From positions 8,181 to 72,180 of the forward strand of contig JAVBRJ010000004.1 in assembly GCA_031548115.1 (NCBI GenBank): a DNA stretch of 64,000 nucleotides, in the 5' to 3' direction. This stretch comes from Eubacteriales bacterium (lineage in GTDB: Bacteria > Bacillota > Clostridia > Christensenellales > Aristaeellaceae). The notes below the pieces were generated by a model that was not told where the DNA came from, searched no databases, and saw nothing but the letters and a program-made list of their open reading frames with translations. The translations under genes were made by a program, and so were the position numbers. Positions 21,989 through 31,273 of this stretch are shown here, one piece after another; within the stretch, counting starts at the first letter, position 1, and each line of letters opens with the position of its first letter.

Positions 21989-23248
21989 TCAGATGCCCAT
22001 CTGGAAGCGCAGGGTATCTTCCGCTTCTTGCAGGGCAGCGGTCATATCCTGGCCACCCAGGTAATTGTTGACGGCGGTGGCAATGCAGTCACGGCCTTCG
22101 TAGTAGTAAGCGCCGGTAATATTGCTGGGGATATTGCCAGCAAACTCGGTGATGTCTGCGAATACAGCCTGGCCGCCGAAGAACTCGGAGGGCGCGGCAT
22201 ATACATCGCTGGCACCAGCGGGCAGGTAGGTGGCCAGTGCGCCGGAGCTGGGCAGGATGGTCTCGTACAGCGCCACGGAGCCAGCGAAGGTATTGGCCAG
22301 GAAGTCGGAAGCCAGTTCCAGGTTGGCGGTAGAGCTTACGGCCCAGCTGGAGCCGCCGTTGTTGGAGTAGTTGCTAGCGCCGTCCACGCCCACGAGGCTG
22401 GGCATGTTGGTCAGGCCCCATTTGCCGCTCTGGTCGGCGGAGGTCTGGATGGAGGCCAGGATCCAGCAGCCATTGATGGTGCCGGCCACGGTCTCGTTCA
22501 CGATGGTGCTGATGTAGGAATCCCAGTTGGTGGTGTTGACCAGAACGCCTTCCTTAACCAGCTTAGCGTAGATCTCCAGCACAGCCGCCAGCTTGTCGTT
22601 GCCGACGATGTTGGGGGAGCCGTCCTCGTTGAAGAGGGAGCCGCCGCAGGACTGGAGCAGGATCATGATGGTATCGGGCTCGCCGCCCACGTCGGACATG
22701 AGGGGCTTGCCGGTCTTAGCCAGAACGTCCTTGCCGATCTCCAGGAAGCGATCCCAGTTAATATCGGTCAGATCGGCCAGGGTGTAGCCAGCCTCGGCCA
22801 AAACGTCGGTGCGGTAGCAGGCCACCACAGCGCCGTTGTCAAAGGGCACGCCGTAGTTCTTGCCGTCTACTACGGAGTAGGCGGTCTTGGCGGCGCCGAA
22901 TTGGTCAAAGGCGATGGAGGTGCCGGTCAGATCGGCAAACATATCCGGGAAGTAGAGCACGTTCTTCTGGAACGCATTATCCTGCATCAGGAAAATATCA
23001 GGCAGGGTGCTCAGGTCATTGGCCATGCCGGCGGTGGTCAGCTTGGTCTGCAGGTCGTTCCACGGCACCTCTACCACTTCCAGCTCGAAATCGGGATGGG
23101 TCTCTTTGTATACCTTGCCCGCTTCTTCCATAGAGTAGATGTTGAAAGCAGGGTCCCAGCACCAAACGGTCAGCTTCTCAGCCAAAGCAGCGGTGCAGGA
23201 GAGGGTCATTGCTACGACGAGCAACACGGAGAGCCACTTTTTCATCAT
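21989..23248 (-). CDS. Extracellular solute-binding protein of a sugar ABC transporter
   Basis: 419 aa with a signal or lipoprotein-like N-terminus MMKKWLSVLLVVAMTLSCTAALA and a family 1 SBP pattern. Confidence 0.9.
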   Translation of the reverse strand: MMKKWLSVLLVVAMTLSCTAALAEKLTVWCWDPAFNIYSMEEAGKVYKETHPDFELEVVEVPWNDLQTKLTTAGMANDLSTLPDIFLMQDNAFQKNVLYFPDMFADLTGTSIAFDQFGAAKTAYSVVDGKNYGVPFDNGAVVACYRTDVLAEAGYTLADLTDINWDRFLEIGKDVLAKTGKPLMSDVGGEPDTIMILLQSCGGSLFNEDGSPNIVGNDKLAAVLEIYAKLVKEGVLVNTTNWDSYISTIVNETVAGTINGCWILASIQTSADQSGKWGLTNMPSLVGVDGASNYSNNGGSSWAVSSTANLELASDFLANTFAGSVALYETILPSSGALATYLPAGASDVYAAPSEFFGGQAVFADITEFAGNIPSNITGAYYYEGRDCIATAVNNYLGGQDMTAALQEAEDTLRFQMGI

Positions 23249-23311
23249 GATTTCCTCCTAAGTTGTTAATTATGTTCGACACAGATACGCATCCGTGTTG
23301 AATCCATATTT

Positions 23312-23327
23312 ATGTAAACCTTTTCAT
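23312..23327. promoter_or_regulatory. LacI-type operator candidate O1
   Basis: ATGTAAACCTTTTCAT. Its reverse complement ATGAAAAGGTTTACAT matches O3 at 13 of 16 positions. It lies immediately downstream of the ABC-operon -10. Confidence 0.5.
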
Positions 23328-23333
23328 GCGCCT

Positions 23334-23362
23334 ATCATATCATCATCTTAAAAATTTGTCAA
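23334..23362 (-). promoter_or_regulatory. Promoter of the sugar ABC-lacZ operon
   Basis: On the minus strand: TTGACA (23357-23362), 17-nt spacer, TATGAT (23334-23339). Confidence 0.6.
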
Positions 23363-23475
23363 CACTTTAGCATTATTTTTATCTATATTTACTCTAAACC
23401 TCCCTTAAAATGCAGTCTTGACCCTGCTTTTATCCCGTCCAGGCTGATTTTCTTCATTTGTCCTTTTTTTCTGTA

Positions 23476-23510
23476 TGTAAATTTTACACTCTCAATGAAA
23501 GTTTTTACAT
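23476..23510. promoter_or_regulatory. LacI-type operator candidates O2 and O3
   Basis: O2 is TGTAAATTTTACA (23476-23488), a perfect 6-1-6 palindrome. O3 is ATGAAAGTTTTTACAT (23495-23510). Both lie just upstream of the regulator promoter. Confidence 0.5.
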
Positions 23511-23517
23511 TCCTCTC

Positions 23518-23546
23518 TTGCGAAAGAACGGGAAATGCAGTATAGT
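23518..23546 (+). promoter_or_regulatory. Promoter of the LacI-family regulator gene
   Basis: TTGCGA, 17-nt spacer, TATAGT. Confidence 0.5.
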
Positions 23547-23593
23547 AAGTAGCATACAAATTATTTTTCGCTTTTACCAAGGAGGCCTTTTTA

Positions 23594-24616
23594 ATGACAA
23601 GTCGCAGCAATATATTTGATATCGCCAATGAGGCAGGGGTCTCCATTGCAACGGTCTCCCGCGTTATGAGTGGTCAGCCAAATGTAAGGCCCGTCACCAA
23701 GGACAAGGTGCTGGCCGTAGCCCGCAAGCATGGCTACCGGCCCAATCTGCTGGCTACGGGCCTGGCGCAGCGGAAGCATAAGGCCATCGGCGTAGTGCTG
23801 CCCCTGATCGACAACCCCTTCTATTCCAAGCTATATATCAAGATCCACCAGGAGGCCGAGGCCCTGGGCTATACCGTTACCCTTTTTCAGATCCGCCGAG
23901 GCTCCTACTCGCTCAATGCCATGATGGACGATCTGATCGGCCTGCGGCTTAGCGGTATTATCCTCTCCGGCGATACCATGAACGAGGATTCCTACAGCCA
24001 GGATTCAGAGCTTGTGGCGGAGCTGTCTCAGAACATGCCCGTGGTGCTTATCAATACCCCCCTGCCCACCTCCTTGCCCTGCCTTTCTACTAGCCTGGCG
24101 GAAGGCGCGCGGCTGGCCGTGCGGCATCTAAACCGTCTGGGCCACAAGCGCATCGCTCTTTTAGGCGGCATCAACACCCCCACCTACGAAAACACCCGGG
24201 AATATGGTTATCTGGATGAAATGCGCCGTTTGGGCCTGGAGGAGTACATCTACCCCTTCTCTGCTGGCGAAAGCCTGTTTGAAGGCTCTATGTGCATCAC
24301 CCGCATGCTTTCCACCTACTCCAAGGATAAGCTGCCCACCGCCATCTTTGCCTTTAACGACCTGGTGGCCATGGGGGCCATGCGACAGCTGCAAAAGGAG
24401 GGCTACCGGCTGCCGGAGGATATGGCCATTGTAGGCTGCGATAACCAGCCCGTCAGCGCCTATCTCAACCCCGCCCTCACCACCATCGACCTTCACATCG
24501 AGGAGATCGGCTGCGCGGCGGTAAACCTGCTCATCAATACCGATCGCCAGCAAGAAACCGGCTTTTCCCAGTCTATCCAGCCCACGCTCATCATTCGGGA
24601 GTCCTGCGGGGCCTAG
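23594..24616 (+). CDS. LacI family transcriptional regulator
   Basis: The N-terminal HTH is [26 protein letters not shown]1 sugar-binding domain follows. The gene is divergent from the ABC-lacZ operon. Confidence 0.9.
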   Translation: MTSRSNIFDIANEAGVSIATVSRVMSGQPNVRPVTKDKVLAVARKHGYRPNLLATGLAQRKHKAIGVVLPLIDNPFYSKLYIKIHQEAEALGYTVTLFQIRRGSYSLNAMMDDLIGLRLSGIILSGDTMNEDSYSQDSELVAELSQNMPVVLINTPLPTSLPCLSTSLAEGARLAVRHLNRLGHKRIALLGGINTPTYENTREYGYLDEMRRLGLEEYIYPFSAGESLFEGSMCITRMLSTYSKDKLPTAIFAFNDLVAMGAMRQLQKEGYRLPEDMAIVGCDNQPVSAYLNPALTTIDLHIEEIGCAAVNLLINTDRQQETGFSQSIQPTLIIRESCGA

Positions 24617-24776
24617 ACCGCCGCCCAAAAGCGCCTCTCCCTTGCTTTTCGCTTTAACTTGTATTGTAATGTTATATTTATTTTCCAAATCTGCCCTCAG
24701 GTACTTGCTACCCGTGGGCTTTTTGGTTATACTTGGCGAGGAAGATTTATTCGCGCGTACAGGAAGGGGAGTCGTC

Positions 24777-26873
24777 GTGACCAATCCATGTGAGATATTT
24801 GGAGAATCCGTCTTTAACGATGCGTCCATGCAGGAGCGCTTGCCCAAGGAGACCTACAAAGCCTTAAAGCGCACCATTGAGCAAGGCCGCTCGCTGGATC
24901 CCGCCATTGCCAGCATCGTGGCCAACGCCATGAAGGACTGGGCCGTGGAAAAAGGGGCTACTCACTTCACCCACTGGTTCCAGCCCATGACCGGGGTCAC
25001 CGCAGAAAAGCACGATGCTTTCATTTCTTTTAAGCCCGAAGGCGGCGTTATTTTGGAGTTCAGCGGCAAAGAGCTGGTCCGGGGCGAGCCGGACGCCAGC
25101 TCCTTCCCCTCCGGTGGTCTTCGGGCCACCTTTGAGGCCCGGGGCTATACCGCCTGGGATCCCACCAGCTACGCCTTTATCAAGGATGGCACCCTGTGCA
25201 TTCCCACGGCCTTTTGCAGCTACGGCGGCCAGGCCCTGGATAAAAAGACCCCGCTGCTCCGCTCCATGGAGGCCTTGGGCAAGCAGGCCCTGCGCATCCT
25301 GCGCCTTTTTGGCAATGTGGAGGAGGGCCTTAGGGTGCTGCCCACGGTAGGCCCGGAGCAGGAATATTTTCTGGTGGACAAGGCCACCTGCCGCAAGCGC
25401 CCGGACCTGATCAACACCGGCCGCACGCTGTTCGGCGCCAAGCCCCCCAAGGGCCAGGAGCTGGACGACCACTATTTCGGCGTGATCAAGCCGCGGGTAC
25501 AGGCCTTTATGAACGACCTGAACCAGGAGCTGTGGAAGCTGGGGGTCCTGTGCAAGACCGAGCACAACGAGGTAGCCCCCGGTCAGCACGAGATGGTCCC
25601 CGTATATACCACCGTCAATATTGCCGCCGACCACAACCAGCTGGCCATGGAAATGCTCAAGAAGGTGGCTGACCAGCACGGCCTCGTATGCCTCCTGCAC
25701 GAGAAGCCCTTCGGCGGCGTAAACGGCAGCGGCAAGCACAACAACTACGCCCTGTCCACCAACACCGGCGTTAACCTGCTGGACCCCGGCGATACCCCCA
25801 GCGAGAACGCCCAGTTCCTTTTGTTCCTCACCGCCGTTATCGAGGCTGTGGACGATTATCAGGACCTGCTGCGCATTGCCGTGTCCGGCCCCGGCAACGA
25901 CCACCGCCTGGGCGCCCACGAGGCGCCCCCTGCCATCGTCAGCATTTTCCTGGGCGATGAGCTCAACGCCATCTTCCATTCCATCATCAATGAAAGTGCC
26001 TACGCGAATCCCGAGCGCACCAACATGCGCCTTGGGGTCCACGTGCTGCCCAAGTTCCCCAAGGATTCCACCGATCGGAACCGCACCTCCCCCTTTGCCT
26101 TTACCGGCAACAAGTTCGAGTTCCGCAGCCTGGGCAGCTCCGCCTCCATCAGCGAGCCTAACGTAGTTCTAAACACCGCCATTGCGGAAAGCCTCCGGAC
26201 CTACGCCGACGAGCTGGAAAGGGCCACGGACTTTACCGCCGCCCTCAACGCGCTCATTCGCAGGGTGCTGTCAAAGCATATCCACATCATCTTCAACGGC
26301 AACGGCTACGACGAGGAATGGGTGAAGGAGGCCGAAAAGCGCGGCCTTCTCAATCTCCCCGATACCGTGGTGGCCCTGCCCTACTACCTCAAGGAGAAAA
26401 ACTTCCGGCTCTTTGAGACTCACGGGGTCCTGAGCCGCCAAGAGGTTCAGAGCCGCTACGAGATCTATCTGGAAAACTATGTCAAGGTCATTGATATCGA
26501 GGCCCTGTGCATGCTGGATATGGCTCGCCGGATGATCCTCCCCGCCGCCATCGCCTATTCCAAGGACGTGGCCAAGGAAGCCTCCCTGAAAAAGGCGCTT
26601 CTGGGGGATGACAGCCTGCTGGCCACCGAAACCCAGCTGCTCAAGGCCATCAGCCATGAAATGGCCCAGCTGACCCAGTACGCCGATAACCTCGACAAGG
26701 CCCTGAAGGAGCAGGATACCTCCGCCGACAACCTGGCCCAGGCCGAGTACACCCGGGACGTGATCCTTTCCGCCATGTCCGGCCTGCGCAAGGCCGGGGA
26801 TGCCCTGGAGACCTTGGTCGGCGCGGAGTACTGGCCCATGCCCACCTATCAGGAGCTGCTGACGAACGTATAG
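24777..26873 (+). CDS. glnA: Glutamine synthetase, type III
   Basis: Start GTG 24777 lies behind GGAAGGGGA; the ORF-track start at 24642 adds a hydrophobic artefact. [23 protein letters not shown]..., [17 protein letters not shown] and a length near 698 aa are typical of GSIII. Confidence 0.9.
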   Translation: MTNPCEIFGESVFNDASMQERLPKETYKALKRTIEQGRSLDPAIASIVANAMKDWAVEKGATHFTHWFQPMTGVTAEKHDAFISFKPEGGVILEFSGKELVRGEPDASSFPSGGLRATFEARGYTAWDPTSYAFIKDGTLCIPTAFCSYGGQALDKKTPLLRSMEALGKQALRILRLFGNVEEGLRVLPTVGPEQEYFLVDKATCRKRPDLINTGRTLFGAKPPKGQELDDHYFGVIKPRVQAFMNDLNQELWKLGVLCKTEHNEVAPGQHEMVPVYTTVNIAADHNQLAMEMLKKVADQHGLVCLLHEKPFGGVNGSGKHNNYALSTNTGVNLLDPGDTPSENAQFLLFLTAVIEAVDDYQDLLRIAVSGPGNDHRLGAHEAPPAIVSIFLGDELNAIFHSIINESAYANPERTNMRLGVHVLPKFPKDSTDRNRTSPFAFTGNKFEFRSLGSSASISEPNVVLNTAIAESLRTYADELERATDFTAALNALIRRVLSKHIHIIFNGNGYDEEWVKEAEKRGLLNLPDTVVALPYYLKEKNFRLFETHGVLSRQEVQSRYEIYLENYVKVIDIEALCMLDMARRMILPAAIAYSKDVAKEASLKKALLGDDSLLATETQLLKAISHEMAQLTQYADNLDKALKEQDTSADNLAQAEYTRDVILSAMSGLRKAGDALETLVGAEYWPMPTYQELLTNV

Positions 26874-26962
26874 AGGGCGGGCAAACGCAGGGGGACGGTT
26901 CCTGGCCTACAGTGCAGGGACTTCGCCCCTTGCGCCGTCCCCGCCCTCCCTACCGTCCCACG

Positions 26963-26998
26963 CAAAAGCAGCGATCCCTTTCGGGATCGCTGCTTTTC
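26963..26998. terminator. Bidirectional rho-independent terminator
   Basis: AAAAGCAGCGATCCC-TTTC-GGGATCGCTGCTTTT, between convergent glnA and rplQ. Confidence 0.75.
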
Positions 26999-27021
26999 GT
27001 ATACGCCTATGTCGCCTAAAA

Positions 27022-27531
27022 TCAGATGATCTCGATAACGCACATTTCGGCAGCGTCACCGCGACGGGGTCCAAGCTTGTAGATGCGGGTGTAACCGCCG
27101 GCGCACTTCTTTTCCTCGTTGCGCTTCTTAAACTTGGGGCCGATCTCCCGGAAGAGCTTCTCCACTACGGGGTATTTGATACCCTCGGTGCGCTCTTTCC
27201 AGTCCGCCTTGTCCTCATCCTTCTTTTGAACATCTTTCAGCTCGTACAGATAGGACATGATCATGCGGCGGGCATGCAGCTTAGAGGGGGCGTCGTTCAC
27301 CACGTTCAGGGTGACCAGCTGGCCCTTGTCGTTATGGGTTTCCTTGGTCGCTTCAACGGTGTTGTCACACTCGTTGATGGCCAGGGTGATAAGCCGTTCG
27401 GCAGCGCGCCGTACTTCCTTGGCGCGGGCTTCAGTCGTCTCGATGCGACCGTACCAGATCAGGTTGGTTACCTGATTGCGAAGCAGCGCTTTACGCTGGT
27501 CAGCAGTACGGCCCAATTTCCGTTGTGCCAT
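27022..27531 (-). CDS. rplQ: 50S ribosomal protein L17
   Basis: [41 protein letters not shown]... It is the last gene of the alpha operon. Confidence 0.95.
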   Translation of the reverse strand: MAQRKLGRTADQRKALLRNQVTNLIWYGRIETTEARAKEVRRAAERLITLAINECDNTVEATKETHNDKGQLVTLNVVNDAPSKLHARRMIMSYLYELKDVQKKDEDKADWKERTEGIKYPVVEKLFREIGPKFKKRNEEKKCAGGYTRIYKLGPRRGDAAEMCVIEII

Positions 27532-27564
27532 GGTATATATCCTCCTTTGCCGGAATGTGCATTG

Positions 27565-28509
27565 TTAATCGTCGCTGGGGCGCAGGCCCAGGCTCAACGC
27601 TTCGAGCTTCTGCTCTACTTCTTCCAGGCTCTTGCGGCCCAGATTGCGAACCTTCATCATGTCCTCTTGGTTGCGCTGCACCAGCTCGGCCACGGTGTTG
27701 ATACCAGCGCGCTTGAGGCAGTTGTAGGCCCGCACGCTGAGATCAAGCTCCTCGATGGTCATTTCCAGCACCTTTTCCTTCTTGTCGTCCTCCTGATCGG
27801 TAAACGCGATAGGCATCACGTTATCGGTGAGGCTGGCGAAAAGGCTCAGGTGCTCGGTGAGTATCTTAGCCGCAAGGCTTACGGCCTCGTCGGGCTGTAC
27901 GCTGCCATTGGTCCACACTTCCAGGGTCAGCTTGTCATAGTCGGTGATCTGCCCTACGCGGGTATCCTCGACGGTGTAGTTGACCTTGCGGATAGGCGTG
28001 AAGATGGAGTCGATGGGGATGACACCGATGGGCTGACCGGCGGACTTGTTCTTGTCGGCGCTTACATAGCCCCGGCCCTTGTCCAGCGTCAGCGTCATTT
28101 GCAGGTGCGCATCTGCGTTCAGCGTGGCAATGTGCAAATCAGGCTGAACGATCTCCAGCTCGTCGTCTCCGGCAATATCGCCAGCGGTCACATCCGCGGG
28201 GCCCTTTACGTTCAGGTAAACGGTCTTGGGCTGATCGGAGTACAGCTTGGCGGAGAGGTCCTTCAGGTTGAGGATCATCTCGGTCACATCCTCAGTCACG
28301 CCGGGCACGGTTGAAAACTCGTGCTGGATACCTTCGATGTGGATATTGGTCACGGCGACGCCGGGAAGAGAGCTAAGCAGCACACGGCGCAGTGCATTGC
28401 CCAGGGTGTGGCCGAAGCCGCGCTCCAGGGGCTCGATGATGAACTTGCCGTAGCTGTTGTCCGGGCTCATTTCTACACGTTCGATACGCGCTTTTTCGAT
28501 TTCGATCAT
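27565..28509 (-). CDS. rpoA: DNA-directed RNA polymerase alpha subunit
   Basis: 314 aa, with [18 protein letters not shown] and the C-terminal domain [20 protein letters not shown]. Confidence 0.97.
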   Translation of the reverse strand: MIEIEKARIERVEMSPDNSYGKFIIEPLERGFGHTLGNALRRVLLSSLPGVAVTNIHIEGIQHEFSTVPGVTEDVTEMILNLKDLSAKLYSDQPKTVYLNVKGPADVTAGDIAGDDELEIVQPDLHIATLNADAHLQMTLTLDKGRGYVSADKNKSAGQPIGVIPIDSIFTPIRKVNYTVEDTRVGQITDYDKLTLEVWTNGSVQPDEAVSLAAKILTEHLSLFASLTDNVMPIAFTDQEDDKKEKVLEMTIEELDLSVRAYNCLKRAGINTVAELVQRNQEDMMKVRNLGRKSLEEVEQKLEALSLGLRPSDD

Positions 28510-28562
28510 TCGTTTTACCCTCCTGTTTCAAACCGTTTGATTGAGGGAGTAGTGCCTCATCA

Positions 28563-29189
28563 TTAACGAGAGTAGAACTCGACGATCATGTTTTCCTGCA
28601 GCGTCAGATCCACATCATCGCGGGCAGGCAAAGCGCTGACCGTTGTGGTCAGGTTGGCTGCGTCGGTGGTGAGCCACTTGGGGACCACGCGGCTGATGCC
28701 TTCCTTAACGATCTTGAAATGCTCCATATCCTTGCGGGTAGCCTTCACGGTGATCACATCGCCCACCTTGGTGTTGAAAGAGGGGATGTCCACCTTCTTG
28801 CCATTGACGGTCATCAGGCCGTGGCATACGAACTGACGCGCCTGGGCACGGCTGGAAGCCAAGCCGCTGCGGTATACTACGTTATCCAAACGCAGCTCCA
28901 GCAGCTGGAGCAGGTTTTCGCCGGTAATACCCTTCATGCCGGTAGCACGGATGAAGGTGCGCTTGAACTGGCCTTCCATCAGGCCATACGCGCGACGCGC
29001 CTTTTGCTTTTCACGAAGCTGCAGGCCGTATTCGCTGGCCTTCCGCTGCCGGGCCTGGCCGTGCTGGCCAGGAGGGGTGGGACGGCGGGTTACCGCGCAC
29101 TTAGACGAGAAGCACTTTTCACCTTTCAGGAAGAGCTTCGTGCCCTCGCGGCGGCACAAACGGCATACGGAATCTGTATATCTTGCCAT
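28563..29189 (-). CDS. rpsD: 30S ribosomal protein S4
   Basis: [26 protein letters not shown]..., 208 aa. Confidence 0.97.
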   Translation of the reverse strand: MARYTDSVCRLCRREGTKLFLKGEKCFSSKCAVTRRPTPPGQHGQARQRKASEYGLQLREKQKARRAYGLMEGQFKRTFIRATGMKGITGENLLQLLELRLDNVVYRSGLASSRAQARQFVCHGLMTVNGKKVDIPSFNTKVGDVITVKATRKDMEHFKIVKEGISRVVPKWLTTDAANLTTTVSALPARDDVDLTLQENMIVEFYSR

Positions 29190-29213
29190 GGAAATTGTAC
29201 CTCCTCGATTTAC

Positions 29214-29615
29214 TTACACTCTTCTACGCTTGGGCGGACGGCATCCGTTGTGCGGAATGGGTGTAACGTCTTTGATCATGTTTACTTCCAAGCCAGCGGC
29301 CTGCAAGCTACGGATGGCGGCTTCACGTCCGCTGCCGGGGCCCTTTACGTAGACCTCAACGGTCTTCAGGCCGAACTCCATCGCGGCTTTGGCGGCGGTT
29401 TCAGCGGCCATCTGCGCGGCGAAGGGGGTGGACTTTTTGCTGCCACGGAAACCGAGGCCGCCGGCGCTGGCCCAGGACAGGGCGTTGCCATTGGTATCGG
29501 TCAGGGTTACGATGGTGTTGTTAAAAGAAGAACGGATATGCGCGGCGCCGCGTTCCACAAGCTTTTTCTCACGACGCTTGCGCGATACCTTCTTTAGCTT
29601 CTGCTTGGGTGCCAT
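29214..29615 (-). CDS. rpsK: 30S ribosomal protein S11
   Basis: [46 protein letters not shown]. Confidence 0.97.
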   Translation of the reverse strand: MAPKQKLKKVSRKRREKKLVERGAAHIRSSFNNTIVTLTDTNGNALSWASAGGLGFRGSKKSTPFAAQMAAETAAKAAMEFGLKTVEVYVKGPGSGREAAIRSLQAAGLEVNMIKDVTPIPHNGCRPPKRRRV

Positions 29616-29670
29616 TTTGTTAATCCCTCCATGTCACATCAACATTGGTTTTGCCTGGAATAAAAGGCGA

Positions 29671-30048
29671 TTACTTACCGACCTTTTTCTTTCCGGCGAT
29701 GGTGCGCTTGGGGCCCTTACGGGTCCGGGCGTTGGTCTTGGTCTTCTGTCCGCGAACGGGCAGGCCGCGACGGTGACGTACGCCACGGTAGCAGCCGATC
29801 TCCACCAGACGCTTGATGTTGAGGGAAACCTCGCGACGCAGGTCACCTTCCACCTTTACATTGTGTTCGATGTACTCACGAAGCTTGCTGATTTCCTGTT
29901 CGGTCAGGTCCTTAACGCGGGTATCGGGGTTGATCCCAGTGCCGGCAATGATCTCTTTCGAGGTCGCAAGGCCGATACCGAAGATGTACGTAAGTCCGAT
30001 CTCCACACGCTTTTCTCTGGGCAGGTCTACGCCCGCAATACGTGCCAT
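29671..30048 (-). CDS. rpsM: 30S ribosomal protein S13
   Basis: [26 protein letters not shown]..., 125 aa. Confidence 0.97.
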   Translation of the reverse strand: MARIAGVDLPREKRVEIGLTYIFGIGLATSKEIIAGTGINPDTRVKDLTEQEISKLREYIEHNVKVEGDLRREVSLNIKRLVEIGCYRGVRHRRGLPVRGQKTKTNARTRKGPKRTIAGKKKVGK

Positions 30049-30275
30049 GTGTGGTTACACCTCCTGAAATTGTGTCTACCTTTGCCCTCTAGGGCTGGGG
30101 GGTCTCTTGAAGTTGGTGATGCTATTGTAGAGTATGGGTCGCATCACCCAAGACCCCGCATGGCGTTAGGAAACGACCATGCTTTGTTAGTGCTGTTGAC
30201 TTGTCTCAGCCTATGGTCACGCCCGAAAAATTCGCGCATGCAGCCGCCCACAGCTCTGAGTGTAGCCTAACTTTC
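30049..30275 (-). promoter_or_regulatory. Structured 5' leader of the rpsM-rpsK-rpsD-rpoA-rplQ operon (candidate ribosomal-protein autoregulatory leader)
   Basis: About 225 nt lie between the predicted -10 and the rpsM ATG. An H-type pseudoknot can be drawn at 30115-30157: GGGTC..GACCC interleaved with GGTGATGC..GCATCACC. Further stems are present (CATGG..CCATG, CTCAG-AGC-TGTGG..CCATA-GGC-TGAG). Confidence 0.45.
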
Positions 30276-30277
30276 AA

Positions 30278-30305
30278 AGTATAGCATGCTTTTTATAGGT
30301 TGTAA
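30278..30305 (-). promoter_or_regulatory. Promoter candidate of the alpha operon
   Basis: On the minus strand: TTACAA (30300-30305), 16-nt spacer, TATACT (30278-30283). Confidence 0.5.
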
Positions 30306-30393
30306 ATGCTTTTTCTACTTTGCTGAAAAGATTTTTTGATTTTTTTATTACATTATTTAGGGGCGGTGGCGGCGCACAGGGGCGGCGCAGCAA

Positions 30394-30429
30394 AAGGGCT
30401 GCCCCAAAATTTCTTTTGGGGCAGCCCTT
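30394..30429 (-). terminator. Hairpin terminator candidate after the vWA gene
   Basis: A 16-bp stem AAGGGCTGCCCCAAAA / TTTTGGGGCAGCCCTT with a short loop, then TTTTG on the minus strand. Confidence 0.6.
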
Positions 30430-30498
30430 GCCGCGCTGAGACGCTTCTTGCCGCCCTAAGACGCTTCTTGCCGCCGTAGGGCGAACCCTACCGCTTCT

Positions 30499-31155
30499 TT
30501 ATGCCTTGGTGCGGGAGTAAAAATCCGTGTCGATGTTCCGCTTCCATTGGGAGGTCATCCGTTGGCTGGGGGCCGCCCGCATGCTGCATACCGCATTGCT
30601 GATCGCATCGTATACGACCTCAGTGCCCTGCCGGTCTGCGTGATAATTGGCAACCCGGTCCGCCTCAAAGCCAAACTGGCTGGCGACCTCAAGCGCATCC
30701 ATGTTGGCCCCTATAAAAAGGAACTCCCAGCCTTCCTTTTCCTTTTGCATCTCCACCATGGCCTTGACCTTGCCAAAGTTATACTCGCGGCTGGCGTTCT
30801 CCATACCGTCCGTGGTAATAACAAACATCACCTTTTCGGCCCGCTCCTCCTCCGCCGTGTGCTTTTGGGCGTTCTCGATCTTGCTGATGGTACGGCCGAT
30901 AGCGTCCAGCAAGGCCGTGGACCCCCGGACAAAGTATTCCTTGGCCGTAATGGGCCGGATGCCCTTTAGGGAAATGCGGTCATGCAAAAGCTCGTAGTGG
31001 TCATCGAACAAAACGGTGGTGATGATAGCCTCTCCCGGCTCATTCTTTTGCTTTTCCAGCAAGGCGTTGTACCCACCGATGGTGTCCTTCTCCAAACCGG
31101 ACATGGAACCGCTGCGATCCAAAATGAAAACCAACTCAGTCAAACCCTTTTTCAT
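30499..31155 (-). CDS. Cytosolic von Willebrand factor A (vWA) domain protein
   Basis: Start ATG 31155 lies behind GGAGGA. The MIDAS motif is LVFILDRSGSMSG, and STALLDAIG and VITTDGMEN are also present. 218 aa, no signal peptide. Confidence 0.85.
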   Translation of the reverse strand: MKKGLTELVFILDRSGSMSGLEKDTIGGYNALLEKQKNEPGEAIITTVLFDDHYELLHDRISLKGIRPITAKEYFVRGSTALLDAIGRTISKIENAQKHTAEEERAEKVMFVITTDGMENASREYNFGKVKAMVEMQKEKEGWEFLFIGANMDALEVASQFGFEADRVANYHADRQGTEVVYDAISNAVCSMRAAPSQRMTSQWKRNIDTDFYSRTKA

Positions 31156-31273
31156 GCTATTATCCTCCGTTCCGTCCGGGTTTCTCCCCTGCGACAGCCT
31201 AAGGATAACCAATTTTGGGTTTAAATGGGTCGCCTGTCAGGCGACATCTATTTTATGTTCGCGCCCCTTTGCC

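Noticed and set aside
24660-24676. Possible GlnR/TnrA box (TGTATTGTAATGTTATA) upstream of type III glnA.
   Set aside because: It deviates from TGTNA-N7-TNACA at two of the eight specified positions, including the conserved C. No second site is present, so the evidence is too weak to call.
30049-30498. Search for rpmJ (L36) and infA remnants upstream of rpsM.
   Set aside because: No frame on either strand encodes anything resembling MKVRPSVK... or IF1. I treat the region as leader, promoter and terminator.
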